NCBI GenBank assembly: GCA_964016885.1 | Contig: OZ024740.1 | Location: 75,950,001 to 76,014,000, forward strand | DNA length: 64,000 nt | From: Eledone cirrhosa | Lineage: Eukaryota | Reading direction: 5' to 3' | Shown here: one piece after another, positions 14,880 to 28,257 of the stretch | Layout: each line of letters starts with the position of its first letter | Position numbering within the stretch: position 1 is the stretch's first letter | Notes under the pieces: generated by a model | Told to the model about the DNA's origin: nothing | Database searches by the model: none | What the model saw: the letters and a program-made list of their open reading frames with translations, nothing else | Position numbers and translations under genes: made by a program

Positions 14880-17440
14880 TTCCTTTTCTACATATCGAAC
14901 ATGGCCATTTCCCTGATGGAATCTCTTTTCTACTTATCAACACTTTTGTCTTAGCTTGGTTCACTCTGTCCTCTTGATTCCAACTGCTGTTTCCATAGCC
15001 AGAATTTATTCTCTAGCTCCTCTACTGATTCTGCCATAAGAACCAGATCGTCAGCATAGAGAAGTACCCATGGGCAGCCAGTCTTAAACTCCTCTGTTAT
15101 GGCTTGGGGGACTATAAGGAACAAGAGCGGGCTGAGGACCAAACCCTGATGTACTCCTACTTGTATCTGGAGCTCCGCACTAAACTCCATTCCTACTCTC
15201 ACTTTACTGACAGCACCCCTGTACATAGCTTGCACTGTCCTCACAAGCCATTCTTCTACACCTAGTTTCTTTAGGGACCACCAGATGACAGATCAGGTAC
15301 CCTATCCAAGGCCTTCTCTAGGTCAACAAAAGCTAAGTATAGTGGCTTATTCTTCTCTAAGAACCTCTCTTGTAGTTGTGTCACTAAGAAGAGGGCATCT
15401 GTTGTACTTTTCCCAAGCACAAAACCAAACTGCATCTCATCTAGTTTGACCCTTTCTCTAATTAGTTGCGCTAATATTCTTTCTGCCACTTTCATAACCT
15501 GATCCATCAGTTGTATGCCCCTATAATTGCTCCTCTCCAGAACATCCCCTTTACCTTTCTAGCAATTTATGAGAATACTGCTGCACCAGTCTTTGGGTAT
15601 GACACTGCCATATATAGCTTGATTGACGATGTGTGCAACTAGTTTTGTACCTACTTCTCCTGATGCCTTCAGCATCTCAGCAACTATCCCCGATGGTCCA
15701 GCAGCCTTACCATTTTTCATTTCCTTAATTGCTTCCTGGACCCTATATTCGTCAATCTCAATAGCTGGTCCCTCTGTCAGGTCTACTGGGGGTAGTTTCT
15801 CTCTCTCCCATTTGTTCTCCACATTCATTAGTCTCTCATAATGACATTTCCAGGCCTCCTTTTTCTGACTATTAGTGACACTAAGTACACCGGCATCATT
15901 CCGGACACACTTATCTCCAACAACATCCTGATTTGCACTGACACACTGCCTTGCAATGTGGAACACCGCACGCCTCTGATCTTCCTGTCGCAGAATATTG
16001 GTAAACCTCCTACTCTCAGCCTCTTTGCGTGCTAAGTACATCTGACGTCTAGCTTCTCTCTTAGCAGCTGTGTATCCCACCATTTTTCCAAGCGTTCCAT
16101 GCTAGTCTTTTGTCTCTAATAGCTCTATCTACCATGCTGTTCCACCACCAGGTCACACTCTCTGTCTGGTCGGAGCTCTGCTCCAGCCACAAGTTTCTTC
16201 AGTAGCCTGCAGTAAGTTGTCACATAATCATCTATGTTATAATCATCCAGTTATCATCTATGTCATACGATTGTGAATCATCTTCTTTTTCGTCATACAC
16301 ATCTTGAAGGGCTTTCCTAAATTTATATTTAGTGAAAGGCCTTTTAGCTTCCAGACCTTTCTTTTCCACACCTTCCTGTATGTCTCATTTTGTCTCTTGC
16401 TTATTGAGATGTCACTAACGACTAACCTATGCTGTGGCGTACATTCTTCCCTGGGGTATGCCTTAGTATTTGACACCATCTCTCTGTCTCGCTGCCTAAC
16501 TAACAAGAATTCAATCTGGCCCATGTGCTTGCCTGATTTGTGGGTTATTAGGTGGTTGGTAGGTTTCTTGAAGTTAGTGTTGCAAATGGTTAGTGCACTT
16601 GCATCACAAAATTCAAGAAGCCTCACTCCTTCGTTAATTGAGCCATAACCGTGCTCACCATGTACCCCAGTGTATCCATCCTGGAGCTCTCCAACATGAC
16701 CATCGAAGTCCCCTGCTAGCATAACGATGTCTCTGTCCTCTGTCATTGTGGCTGTTTCTAAAAGTTGCTCGTAAAAGCAGTCTTTGTCTTTACCTAGGCC
16801 TGCTTGGGGAGCATAGGCAGAGCTGATTGTCAGAAGTTTCTTGCCTACAACTAATCTAAGCTTAATTATTCTATTACTGACTCTAACTACCTCTATTGTC
16901 TTATCGATCCATCTCTCAGCCAGTAAAATGACTACCCCACCTAACCCATCATCATTACCTACCTACAACTACGATGTTTGCCTGCGATTAGTCTTGCAGA
17001 AGCACCTCTCCATCTCACCTCTTGCACGCAGCACACATCCACGTCTTCTCTCTAGCATCTCCACTATCTCACCAAATCTACCTGTTAGAGTGCCAACATT
17101 AAGTGTGGCAACTCGGAGATGCGACATCTTCATATTCTTGTTCTTGTTCCTGTAGTGCTATTGCTTAATTACGGTTGGGGGGTTCTTGCACATGGCCGCA
17201 CCAACCACCCCACTACCGTGCGCAGCCCTAACATGGTTAGTGTTATTGCTGTTTATGCAGTTGTTGCAATTCTCATTTGTTTTACTCATAGTTTTTGGCA
17301 TTAATATAGACTGGTTGGATGCCCTTCCTAAGACCACCTCCACTTTACAGCATGGACTGGGTGCTTTTATTCATGCCACCAGCACTAGAGAGGTTGTCTT
17401 ACTGGACTCAGGGGACTTCTCCACCCCACACCATGTTTAA
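14880..17440 (-). mobile_element. RTE-clade LINE, 5' UTR + APE + RT, 3'-truncated, frameshifted
   Basis: LRVATLNVGTLTG, ISAYAPQ, LAGDFDGHVG, QFGFVLGKSTTDA, FVDLEKA, GVHQG.VLSPLLF, LLYADDL. Confidence 0.92.
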
Positions 17441-17708
17441 TTTTTATATATAATTTTACATATATATAAATATATGTAAACTATGTTTACATATATTTAT
17501 ATATATGTAAACATCGAAAGAGGAAACAATGTCACTTATCTTATCTTATCTTATCTGTTTCCGTATTGAGACAATGTAAAATTTTAAAAAAATTTCCCAT
17601 GTTAGTTTGCGTTGCTAGGAAATGGCGATTTCTAGGCTGCTATCATAAACATAAACTTAGCTATTCTATATGATTGATTTTCCGTTACGAATATATATAT
17701 ATATAGAG

Positions 17709-18064
17709 AGAGCATTGGCCTTGCAATCGAAAGGTTGTGAATTCAATTCTCAGACTGGGTGATGTGTTGTTTCCTTGAGCAAGACATTTTATTTCACATT
17801 GCTCCAGTTTGCTCAGCTGTAGAAATGAGATGAAAGGACTGGGGTCCATATCATTCCACTGCAGAGTGGTTGTGGAGGTGCCACAGCCAAAAAGCACCCA
17901 GCCCACACTGTAAAGTGGACGTGTAGGCGCCACGGAAAAAAAAGCACCCAGCACTCACTGTAAATGAGGTTGGTGTTAGGAAGGGCATCCAGCTGTAGAA
18001 ATCAGCCAGAATCAGTTCCCGTCCCACCCTTACAAGCAGGGAAAAGCGGACGTAAAATGATGAT
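17709..18064 (+). mobile_element. SINE family A
   Basis: tRNA-like head remnant, ccttgagcaagaca core, RTE-like tail ggaaaagcggacgtaaaatgatgat. Confidence 0.85.
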
Positions 18065-18069
18065 ATATA

Positions 18070-18260
18070 TATAACAAAGGAATTGTGGTAAGGAACCAGA
18101 TGGACCATAACGCACCAGAGTACTCAATACTTAGGGTAGTAGAGTGGGAAATAGGAAAAAGTATGACCCCGGCGGCAGAGCTCAAGCCGTTTTAATGGCT
18201 ATTTCCAGAAATAGCCGTCGAAACGGCTTGAGCTCTGCCGTCGGGTCATACTTTTTCCTA
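18070..18260. mobile_element. ~200-bp non-coding element with terminal palindrome (family P, copy 1 of 4)
   Basis: Arms 18152-18203 and 18207-18260; homologous to 33617, 42513 and 43701; flanked by (TA)n. Confidence 0.8.
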
Positions 18261-18467
18261 TATATATATATTATACACACAAACAAATGTACACAACAGC
18301 TATATGAATATAAACATACACATTAGTACATATATTTATATATATGTAAACATTCGAAAAACTCAGATTACATTTATTGTATTCAGCCATGTAGAGCAAC
18401 ATTTTTTTTTTTTTTTTTTTTAATATGGCAAAGCCAGCCATTTATTGCTCCTATACAGGAAACAGAC

Positions 18468-18568
18468 TGGCCAGTCTGCTGATATGCAAATCTGGCTGAT
18501 CAGCAGATCTGCTAATATGCAGATCTGACTGATCAGCCAGTCTGCTAATATGCAAATCGGCCAGTCAG
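18468..18568 (+). repeat. ~30-bp tandem repeat x3 containing octamer ATGCAAAT
   Basis: cagtctgctgatATGCAAATctggctgat / cagatctgctaatATGCAGATctgactgat / cagtctgctaatATGCAAATcggc. Confidence 0.75.
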
Positions 18569-18624
18569 CACTGTATATTTTAGAAAATATCATATATTTT
18601 CACTAGCTCTGGCAGGTGAATAGT

Positions 18625-18674
18625 GAACTGTACTGATGAAGGGTAATACCCAGAAACATTAGTATCTGCAGTTC
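18625..18674 (+). ncRNA. Minimal type I hammerhead ribozyme
   Basis: gaactgta CTGATGA agggt-aat-accca GAAA cattagta TC tgcagttc; stem III imperfect. Confidence 0.7.
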
Positions 18675-18777
18675 TGTTTACATGCCAACACGAACAAGAA
18701 TGAGGGGCTCACTCTACTGACATGGCTTTAAAAATGAGGCTTGTTTGCATAATTGCAAACAAATCAAATATTATTAT

Positions 18778-18950
18778 TGGTAGAGGGTCTGACACCATGC
18801 TTTGCAGCAAAGAGTTACGGCCCTTTATGGTCTGAGTTCAAATCCCACCGAGGTTAACTTTGCCTTTCATCCTTATGTGGTCGATAAAATAAAGTATCAG
18901 TAATACACTGGGATAATTGCTGGCCTTGTGCCCAAAGTAGAAACAATTAT
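18778..18950 (+). mobile_element. SINE family B
   Basis: Same body as 11716-11903. Confidence 0.85.
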
Positions 18951-19149
18951 TATTAATACTAGAGAGGTTTTTATTGTCTCTACTGAAGAGCACAAACATA
19001 CATAGGATATATGTCATGAGTGAGTGTCAAGGGAGGAGGGATTTGATAGGGTGAGAAGTGGTAGATGGGGGAGACCTCTGGCAGTGTGGAAGGGTGAGAA
19101 GTGATTTGTGTGGGAAGGAATGTATAGTGTTGGGGATGCAGTGATAGGA

Positions 19150-20025
19150 ATATCACTTTGTTAGTAAAAATAGCTCTCTAAATTTCTTCTGATCCTAACT
19201 ATCACACTTTCAGTACCTCCACCACTGCTAATTTGATCACCTAGGTAACAAAAGCTCTTGAGAACTAAAGAGCCTCCCTGGCTCTACTTTACTTTGTGTT
19301 CTTACTACTTCTGTGCATCTGCCATAAACATAGTCTATCTTTCCCGTTAGCCTTCCTACAACACCACTACACCATTTTGCATCCAGAGATTACACCATGT
19401 ACCCTTCATAGAATTTCTGTCGACCCTTTTCAACACATTCAGCAATGCCACTTTCCTGATTTATTCAGCTTCCTACTTATTAACAGTTTAGTTTTCGTTA
19501 GATTAGCTTCCAGGTATTTCATTTCTAATTTTTTCTTCCATGCTTGGAATTTTGCCTCTAACTTTCGTATAGCTTTGGCTATAAATACTAGATCTATCAA
19601 CATACAAGAATTCTCTTAGCATACCAGTTGTAAACCCCTTAATGATGGCCAAAAGGAAAATGATAAAAAACAGAGATGGTCTTAGGACCTCGTTCGTTGC
19701 ACTTCTATACAGAGCTTGCATGACCCTACGAATCCCTTTGTCTTTAGTAACCACAGGATTACAAAGCAGTTGATTCCGAAAAGCTTTCTCCAGATCCGCA
19801 AATGGCAGGTATAGAGGTTTACTCTTCGCTAATTACTTCTGCAGTTGTCTCATCAAAAAGAGGGCATCAGTAGTACTCCTACTTGAACATCACTCTGTCT
19901 CTAATTATTTGTTTCATATCCCTTTCCACAACTTGTATTACCTGGTCCATCAACTTCATGACTTTTTACTTACCTCTCTCTAGTGCATCTCCTTTACCCT
20001 TGTAGCAATTCTCAGTGTACTACTT
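19150..20025 (-). pseudogene. Heavily degraded RTE RT fragment
   Basis: Recognisable similarity to 55.3-56.3 kb (aagagggcatc-agtagtact, cctggtccatcaacttcat, gatcacctaggta). Confidence 0.65.
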
Positions 20026-20299
20026 GATATATATATATATAAGTTAAAACAAAAACAATAACGAAGAGTACAGTACAAAGTGTTAGTATTAGGTTCACGC
20101 TTGAGAGTGGGGGTGGTTTTCTGCTAGCATGTGTAGTGTGTATATTGATATTATACGCAAGTATACATGATTATAGATATGATACATCAAATAAAACCGT
20201 ATTTGACAATATACACAGAAATTGAACGAAGACTGCGTTACACTGTCTTATGTAATCAGTAACGTAATCCATGATACATTAAAAAAAGTCGATATTATA

Positions 20300-20465
20300 T
20301 AGAGGGTCGGACGCCATGCTTTCGAGCATAGTTATGTCCCTTTATGGTCTGACTTCAAATCCCGTCGAGGTTAACTTTGCCTTTCATCCTTACGGGGTCG
20401 ATGAAATAAAGTACCAGTAATGCACTAGGTATTTGCTGGCCTTGTGCCAAAAGTAGAAACAATTA
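20300..20465 (+). mobile_element. SINE family B
   Basis: Same body. Confidence 0.85.
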
Positions 20466-20823
20466 TATATAAACTGCATTAGGAGAACATTGGTGACGGA
20501 AATATATGAATGTTTATTTAGCGATCGCTAATCGGAAGTATTGACATTTGAAAATTTTAAAGAAGTGAATTTTTAAATAAGCAATAAAATATATTTAATC
20601 GAAAGCTACGAAATTTAGCAGATAAATTATGTAATATTCATTCATTATTTATTCAAAGTAATCCAACTTATTTTACAAACGGGATAAAAAAAATTATATT
20701 CTGGATGCAGTCCCGCACTCCTTACTTTATTATAGTTAAGATTCGAAAAACTCAGATTACATCTATTGTATTCAGCCATGTAGAGCGAACAATTTTTTTT
20801 ATTCATATATATATATATATATA

Positions 20824-23200
20824 TAATTGAAAAATTGAAGAATAACATAATCGACAGTACCAACAATTTTTTTACAGTCTAACAATTGTTTCTATGATAG
20901 AGTTGTATAAAAATTGCTAAACACAGAAGGTAGTGTCACTCAATTTAAAATACATATTATCTTAATCATTTCGTCAGAGACTAAGAGAAAATAAAATAGA
21001 TATGCGTAACGGTAGAATTACAAATTCAAATTACCACATCAATATTAATATTAATAATAAAGATATAGAGAGAAACAGAGGAAGGAGGGGAGGAGGAAAG
21101 ACGATAGAGAGAGAGATAAAATATAAATAAATATGTAACCGGCAAATTTATGAGTTCAAACTATCACATCAAAATAGTAGTAGTAATAGAGATACAGGTA
21201 GAAAGAAAAGAGGGGGGGATAGAAATAGTGAAGGTAGAGAAAAGAAAGAAACAGAGAAAGGGAGAGATATAAGGAAGAAGACCGGGAGGGTATTACTGCT
21301 AAAATTACGCAAGCATGTTCAAATGAAAGAAAGAAGAGAAAAGTCGTGCGAACGGATGAGTTATTGTTGATAAATATAAGCTGACATAGGATGGAGAGAA
21401 GGCGGAAGAGGAGCATTACGTTAATGCAAGAATGAGTGCAAGTGAAAATAGAGGTATGAGCATTGAAACAAATAAATAAATAAATTTAAAAAAAAATCAA
21501 AACTAAAAAATAAAGAAAAAAAGGTTAAAATAATAAATTAAAAAAAAAGTAAATAAATAAATAAATAGGTTGGTGTGTAAATAAGTAAGTTACACATATT
21601 GTTATATAAAATGGAATAGTATTTGAAAAGTAGAGATGAGAATCAATAAATAAATAAATGTGTTGAAGAGACTAATAAGAATAATATTAATGTTATTAAT
21701 GTTATTGTGAATAGTTATTGATGATTGTTAGATATGGGTAGATGTTAAGTTGAAAATATGATATTATTGGATATATTTATGTGTGTATTGGATATTTTAA
21801 TAAGTAAATTAACTAGTTTAAGATGCATTGCATGATAAGATAAAACGATCGAGATGAAATAGGTTTAAGTAGAGAAAGGCAAAGACACATGGTGAAAGAA
21901 AGAGGTGTATAAGATGAGGATGTAAATACAGTAGGTTCTGATGTTGTTCTTTGGTAATTATAATGGTAACGATGCTGCTGATAATGTGATATCGAGGTAG
22001 ATTCTAGTGGTATAAAAGGGATAATAAATAGAAAAGATGGAATTAAGAAGGTCTAAAGTTCACGAATTTCGTTGCTGATTTGTGCCGACAAAAAATAGTT
22101 CGTTCAATTCTACTGTTAAGAAGGGCTTTGCCGAAATTAAGAATTTGGAAAAGTTCCATATTACAGAGCCTGCAGTGGGACATACCAATTTGATAATATT
22201 GTCCAACTGATCTCGTATTCAATGCTTGCATTCTTGAGTTGCCATATTTTGTTGGCGAGAGTTGTTGTATTTGATAGATTCTCATTAATTATAGAATGTC
22301 TGTGCACATACCACATTTTTTTAAAATCACCAGCTGTGGAACCAATGTAATACCATGCCAGGCCACCTGAATTTATAGTACATAGATATACCAAATTTTT
22401 CTCTAGGCATCTGTTTTGTAACGAGCAATTCCTGCGAAAATTGACCCTTTAGTTTATGGTAGGTTTCCATCGAAACCTTTATCATTTTTAGGTGTGGTGC
22501 ATTGTCTGATTTGACGAAAGTTTTCCCTCGGTTTCTACTTTGGGGTCTTTGGAGATGATCTCCATCAGATTTTTGTTATTCGTGTTAATGTATGTGTACT
22601 GTTGTATATATTTTTGTTGTGTTGTTTTTATTTGTTGTTCATTTTGTAGTTTTCTTTTTATGGTGGGCATTTGTGTTTGGGGTGGTGTTGGTGTTTATTT
22701 TGCTGGTAGGGAGGGGTTGATTGTGGTGGTGTTTGTGTTGTTGTTTGTGTTAGTGGTTGTGTGTTTGGGGTGGTGATTGGTGTCTCTTTTTTTGTTTTTT
22801 GGATTTCCGAGGCTCTCCTTCATCCTCGCTTTGGGATGGAGAAGTAGCCTCGTCTGATGACGAATCGTCATCATGGGCGTGTGGGAGGGGTATGTTGTGT
22901 GGTGATAGTGTGCCTGTGTGTGTGGTTGTCGTAGTGTTGAATGGGGTGAGACTGTGTTTTTCAGGGGAATTGTCTGTTTTTTCTGTTGTTTGTTTTTGTG
23001 TGTTTGCTTGTTTTGTGTGTTGTTGTTGTGGTTTTGGTGTTGGTGTTGATAAAAGTACTTTTTTGTTTTAGTTGATGTTTGTTTGTAAAGGACAGGGGGC
23101 CTTTAAATACGATGTGCTGGAACATCGAAAGCAGTGAGGCCTCCCCTTCAGTAGAAATGTTTATGTGGTTGTTATTGTCCACTGGTACCCTCTCCGGATC
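20824..23200 (-). mobile_element. 5'-truncated PLE (T/N/K-rich linker, GIY-YIG, 3' UTR with hammerhead)
   Basis: 22043-22440 minus: VYLCTI..YYIGSTAGDFKKMWYVH..TTLANKIWQLK..CRLCNME..LLNSRIE..CRHK (frameshifted). Confidence 0.75.
20876..20982 (-). ncRNA. Type I hammerhead ribozyme with expanded stem II
   Basis: Minus: agtct CTGACGA aatgat...atcata GAAA caattg TT agact. Confidence 0.7.
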
Positions 23201-23249
23201 TTAGAAATTCTCTCCGGTTTCATTTGTACCAAAACTTCCAAACTGGTAC

Positions 23250-25140
23250 CAGTCCACGTGTGTCTGGACCAACATCTGTGACCGGCGGAAGCTCCCGAAG
23301 AAGCTTAGAAACAACCTCCTCACGAGGATAAGCAGACTACCCGCCTTCTATCACCTCGTGAAAACCCACAAACAGTGACCCGACCTGAAGATCAGAACTA
23401 TTGTATCGAGCGTGTTCATAGCTCATAGCTCCTAGCCAAAATATTTAAACCCCCTACTGAACACCTTGCCGGCACACGTCAACAGTTCCGAGGAAGTGTT
23501 GGAGCGTCTACACCAAATGGATCCCGGCACCTGAAAGGTTAACAGGTACGCCTTCAGCCTTGATGAGGTCGCTCTTTACACCTTGGTCCCGGCGCTCCCG
23601 GCCGTCGACATACTGACAGAACGTGTCCAGTCTACCAACCTACACTGCTTCGGGCTCACCCCCACAGACATCCACCAGCTCCTATCCGTTGTCGTTGACA
23701 ACACATTTCAATTTCCTCAATCAAACATACAGGCAGAACTTATGGCTACCCATGGACTCAAGCCTGTCGGGTGTGCTAGCGATCCCGTACATGGACAGCC
23801 TCGAACGCAAAGCACTCAACGCCTGCCACCCCAACGCCGTCGCCTTCTTATAAAGATACGTGGACGACATCCTCATCCTCACATCTTCCCAGGAGATGGC
23901 GAACGGGATTTACGAGACGTTCAGCAACACGGACGAGAATATTGACTTCAGTGTTGAATACCCCAACGACGACAGGCCCCTTTCCCTCCTCGACTTCCGA
24001 ATCAACATCACGGAGCAGGGAGAGATCAACACCAACTTCTACCGCAAGGCAACCTGCAGGGACTTGTTCGTCCACTACAAATCTGGCCTCCCTAACAGTG
24101 CTAAAAGAGGGTACATCACGCGGATTAAAAATAGATGCAGCTATCCCGTGAATGGTGTCGCCCATACCAAGCAGTTCCACAGGGTGCTGGAGACGAACGG
24201 ATACACAGCATCATTTACAAGCAGAGTAAGGGACACCAGACGCAAGAGGCAGAGAAACACCCAAGGCAAGTGCCTCCTTAAAATACCGCTCCTGGCCGAG
24301 AAAACCATCAACGCTATCCGCAGGGCCATACGGAGGCAGGGCCTCGACATCCACTTGGCCCACTCGGGCCCTTCCCTACGTAGATGCCTCTCCAGGAAAC
24401 CCAAGCAATGTCCGATGTGCCAAACGAATTGTTCCTTACGCACGTACGTCGTATACAACTAGAATGTGGCAAGTGTAACGACTTCTACATCGGTAGCACC
24501 ATCCGCCCACTACATGTCCGGATCAAGGAGCACATCAACACTATGGCCTCGTCTTTCCGGAAACACATAATCAAATGCAGAAACAAAGACGGAAGGCCCA
24601 TTGTCACAGTGTTAGCGACGGAACGCAACGTTGGCACTTTAAGAATCAAGGAAGCACTTTGGATCAAACGTCTCGGACCACAAATAAATAACCGATCCGA
24701 GAGAAGTGAGACGAGATGGCTCGTGTAAACAAATGAAACAACAACAACACACACACACAGTAGCAACCGAGCGATTGTTAATGTGCATATATCATGTCCA
24801 CCATCCACCGACTGACAGACATCAAGCAGGCAGAGTACCAACACCACACCAGCCAGTATCAAAAACCGAATATAAGAAAATAACAGCGAAGATGCGTACG
24901 CACTGACATATCACCACTCCACTACTCTAGTATAGAAGAACTGCCTCGACCTTTGTCTGACCACAGCTATTCCGCGCACACGCGCACCGTACAGAATAGT
25001 TCAGTTGTATGCACACCATAAACAACAGCAGCCATTGTTGTCCCTCTCCGACTAAAGACTTTTTCCCCTCGGAAAACCCCTAGTTGATGTATGCGAAATC
25101 CGAAATATAGGGACAATTAAATCACTTCCAAGGTAATACT
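23250..25140 (+). mobile_element. PLE (YVDD type), RT + GIY-YIG, frameshifted
   Basis: FYHLVKTHK, LPMDSSLSGVLA, YVDDILIL, LSLLDF, FYRKAT, then LECGKCNDFYIGSTIRPLHVRIKEH..LRIKEALWIKRLGPQINNR (stop 24728). Confidence 0.9.
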
Positions 25141-25241
25141 ATCTCGTGTTATTATTTTTACACGCTCTCCTACGTTCCTCTACACCTTCTACGTCTCATT
25201 CTACATCCCCCCCTCTCTCTCTCTCTCTCTCTCCCTCTCTC

Positions 25242-25272
<31 letters not shown>

Positions 25273-25362
25273 CACTCTCACTCTCTCTCTCTCTCTCATT
25301 ACCACCTGATTCTGTTACCCGGAGATTTACCCATCTGCATTGTTAAGGCTTTCAAAACGATC

Positions 25363-25420
<58 letters not shown>

Positions 25421-25427
<7 letters not shown>

Positions 25428-25675
25428 TAAACGGAATAGAAAATGCTGACAAATTGTTCACAGTTGAAAAATGGTTTAATTAGGAATAAAAGAGTATTAG
25501 TAATCGTATGGGTTAGTATTCAGGTTGCGCATATGCGCAACCGGTAAAAACTTAAAAACTTAAAACCACAACTGAATACTAACCCATACAATCACTAATA
25601 CTCTTTTATTCCTAATTAAACCATTTTTCAACTGTGAACAATTTGTCAGCATTTTCTATTCCGTTTACCAATATA
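25421..25675. repeat. Fold-back inverted repeat (~103-bp arms); right part identical to 43548-43690
   Basis: attggtaaacggaatagaaaatgc... versus ...gcattttctattccgtttaccaat; junction palindrome ggttgcgcatatgcgcaacc. Confidence 0.92.
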
Positions 25676-25709
25676 TAATAACTTGTGTGTTACACCTATA
25701 TTCTTTTAA

Positions 25710-26881
25710 CTATATATATATATATATATATATATAAAACTGTAGTTGTCTGTGTATGTGTCCCCTCATTTTTGTAAAGTCTATACAAATCCACATTTCT
25801 ACTCCGATTGACTTCAAACTTGCATTTATATATTCCTTGCGGTCTAAAGATATTAACTGCAGCTTTTATTTTCCATTTTTCTGTTGTTAGGCACTGGTTA
25901 TCCATCTCCGTCGCGCTTTTATAATATCTGTATGTATGCTTGGCTGTCTGCATTACGACATTCTGACGAACATTGATGACGTATTATGTTCGCCATTTTC
26001 CGTTCATTGCTAGGGAACGTCTTCACGAACCAAAGTATCGTCTTCCTGTTTTCCTTCGGTTGCAACGTTTTACGAAATATTTACTTCTGTGTTCACAGAT
26101 TGATTTTTTTAGTTTCAGAAGATCCCGTTAAGGGTGAAAGCAGCGATTCTTTGCTTAAACTTTAATCTGTTATTTTAGTATATAATATAAGCGAGGCAAG
26201 CCAGCCCAGTTGCCACTTCTTGTCAATAAACATTAACCCTTTGTGCGTCATTCATCTAACTGTAGACCAACAAATACCAACTAAACGGAGCATTGATAAG
26301 AATGATGGCGAATGAATCTTCGAGGTAAGCAGTTTCCTCCCGAGCTGTTAGTTCACGCGGGATTCTCTGCTACACCTTTTCGTAATAATATCGAACAACG
26401 TAGTGCTGGTCACTGCTTCCTCCAAAAGCCGTACAAAGCGGACATGTGCATCGGGTAGATGAATCGGGCGCAAATCTACACCAGGCCTACACGAGAAATT
26501 CGCAAGGGACTGCACCGAGAGGGATAGAGAGAAAGAGTAGCTTAGTGGAAAGAGTGCGAACGAACTTTTGAGGTAAGTAGCCTATACCTCACTGCTATGA
26601 AACTGGAACGTTCTGCCCACTTAACCTGTGACTTTCTCTTTCACATTTACTACAATAGGCCAAAACAGAGGAGTATGAAAAGAAGAGGCTCAACAATATT
26701 TCTATGAACAATGCACGTAGACAGCTAAACTGTACTTTCAACTTCTTAATTTTCTCCAAATAAAACAAGTTTCCTGTCGGTATATTTTCATGAGTTTTTA
26801 ACAGGCACTCACAAATAATGTTTCTCATTGGAGGTGCTATTACCAATGTTCTTACCCGTGCAACGCCGGGATACACTGTTA

Positions 26882-26882
<1 letters not shown>
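25710..26882 (+). mobile_element. Non-autonomous Helitron
   Basis: 5' ctatatat..ataaaactgtagttgtctgt resembles the 51378 terminus; 3' hairpin cccgtgcaacgccggg then ttag|t. Confidence 0.7.
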
Positions 26883-26928
<46 letters not shown>

Positions 26929-26996
26929 TAGATATAGATATATAGATATATGTATATATAGATGTAGATGGATAGATATATAGATTTACATATATA

Positions 26997-28257
26997 ATGC
27001 CAAAAACTACGAGCACAACAAATGAGAATTGCAACAACTGCATAAACAACAATAACACTAACCATGTTAGGGCTGCGTACGGTAGTAGGGTGGCTGCTGC
27101 GGCCATGTGTGAGAACCCCCCGATCGTCATCAAGCAATCGCACAACAGGAACAAGAACAAGAATATGAAGACGTCGCATCTCAGAGTTGCCACACTTAAT
27201 GTTGGCACTCTAACAGGTAGATCTGGTGAGATGCTAGAGAGGAGGCATGTGGATGTGTGCTGCGTGCAAGAGGTGAGATGGAGAGGTGCCTCTGCAACAC
27301 CAATAGCAGGAAAACATCTTGGGTTAGGCGGCGTAGGCATTTTACTGGCTGAGAGATGGATCGATAAGACAGTAGAATTAGTTAGAGTTAGTAATAGAAT
27401 AATTAAGCTTAGATTAGTTGTAGGCAAGAGACTTCTGACAATCATCTCTGCCTATGCTCCCCAGGCAGGCTTAGGTAAAGAAGAGAAAGACTGCGTTTAC
27501 GAGCAACTTTTAGAAACAGCCACAATGACAGAGGACGGAGACATCGTTATGCTAGCAGGGGACTTCGATGGTCATGTTGGAGAGCTCCAGGATGGATACA
27601 CTGGGGTACATGGTGAGCACGGTTATGGCTCAATTAACGAAGGAGTGAGGCTTCTTGAATTTTGTGATGCAAGTGCACTAACCATTTGCAACACTAACTT
27701 CAAGAAACCTACCAACCACCTAATAACCTACAAATCAGCCAAACACATAAGCCAGATTGACTTCTTGCTAGTTAGGCAGCGAGACAGACAGATGGTGTCA
27801 AAAACTTAGGCATAACCCAGGGAAGAATGTACCCCACAACATAGGTTAGTCGTTAGTGACATCTCAGTAAGCAAGAGACAAAATGAGACATACAGGTAGG
27901 TGTGGAAAAGGAAGGTCTGGAAGCTAAAAGACCTTTCACTCAAATATAAATTTAGGAAAGCCCTTCAAAATGTGTATGACGAAAAAGAAGCCGATTTAGA
28001 ATCGTATGACATAGATGATAACTGGAATTTCTTACGTGACAACTTACTGCAGGCTACTGATGAAACTTGTGGCTGGAGCTCTGCTCCAGCCAGACAAAGG
28101 GTGACCTGGTGGTGGAACAGCACGGTAGATAGGGCCATTGGAGAGAAAAGACTAGCATGGAACGCTTGGAAAAATGGTGGGAGTAGAGACCGATACAAAG
28201 CCGCTAAGAGAGAAGCTAGACGTCAGGTGTACTTAGCACGCAAAGAGGCTGAGAGTA
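26997..28257 (+). mobile_element. RTE LINE 5' part (AP endonuclease), truncated
   Basis: ORF 26997..27809 with LRVATLNVGTL, CCVQEVRW, SAYAPQ, QIDFLL; continues as 27900..28265 (TWWWN). Confidence 0.92.

Noticed and set aside
25035-25116. Hammerhead at the end of the 23-25 kb PLE; similar traces at 26115, 56410 and 60807
   Set aside because: Core too degenerate (ttgatgt, cagaaga, ccgacga or absent) or stem I missing
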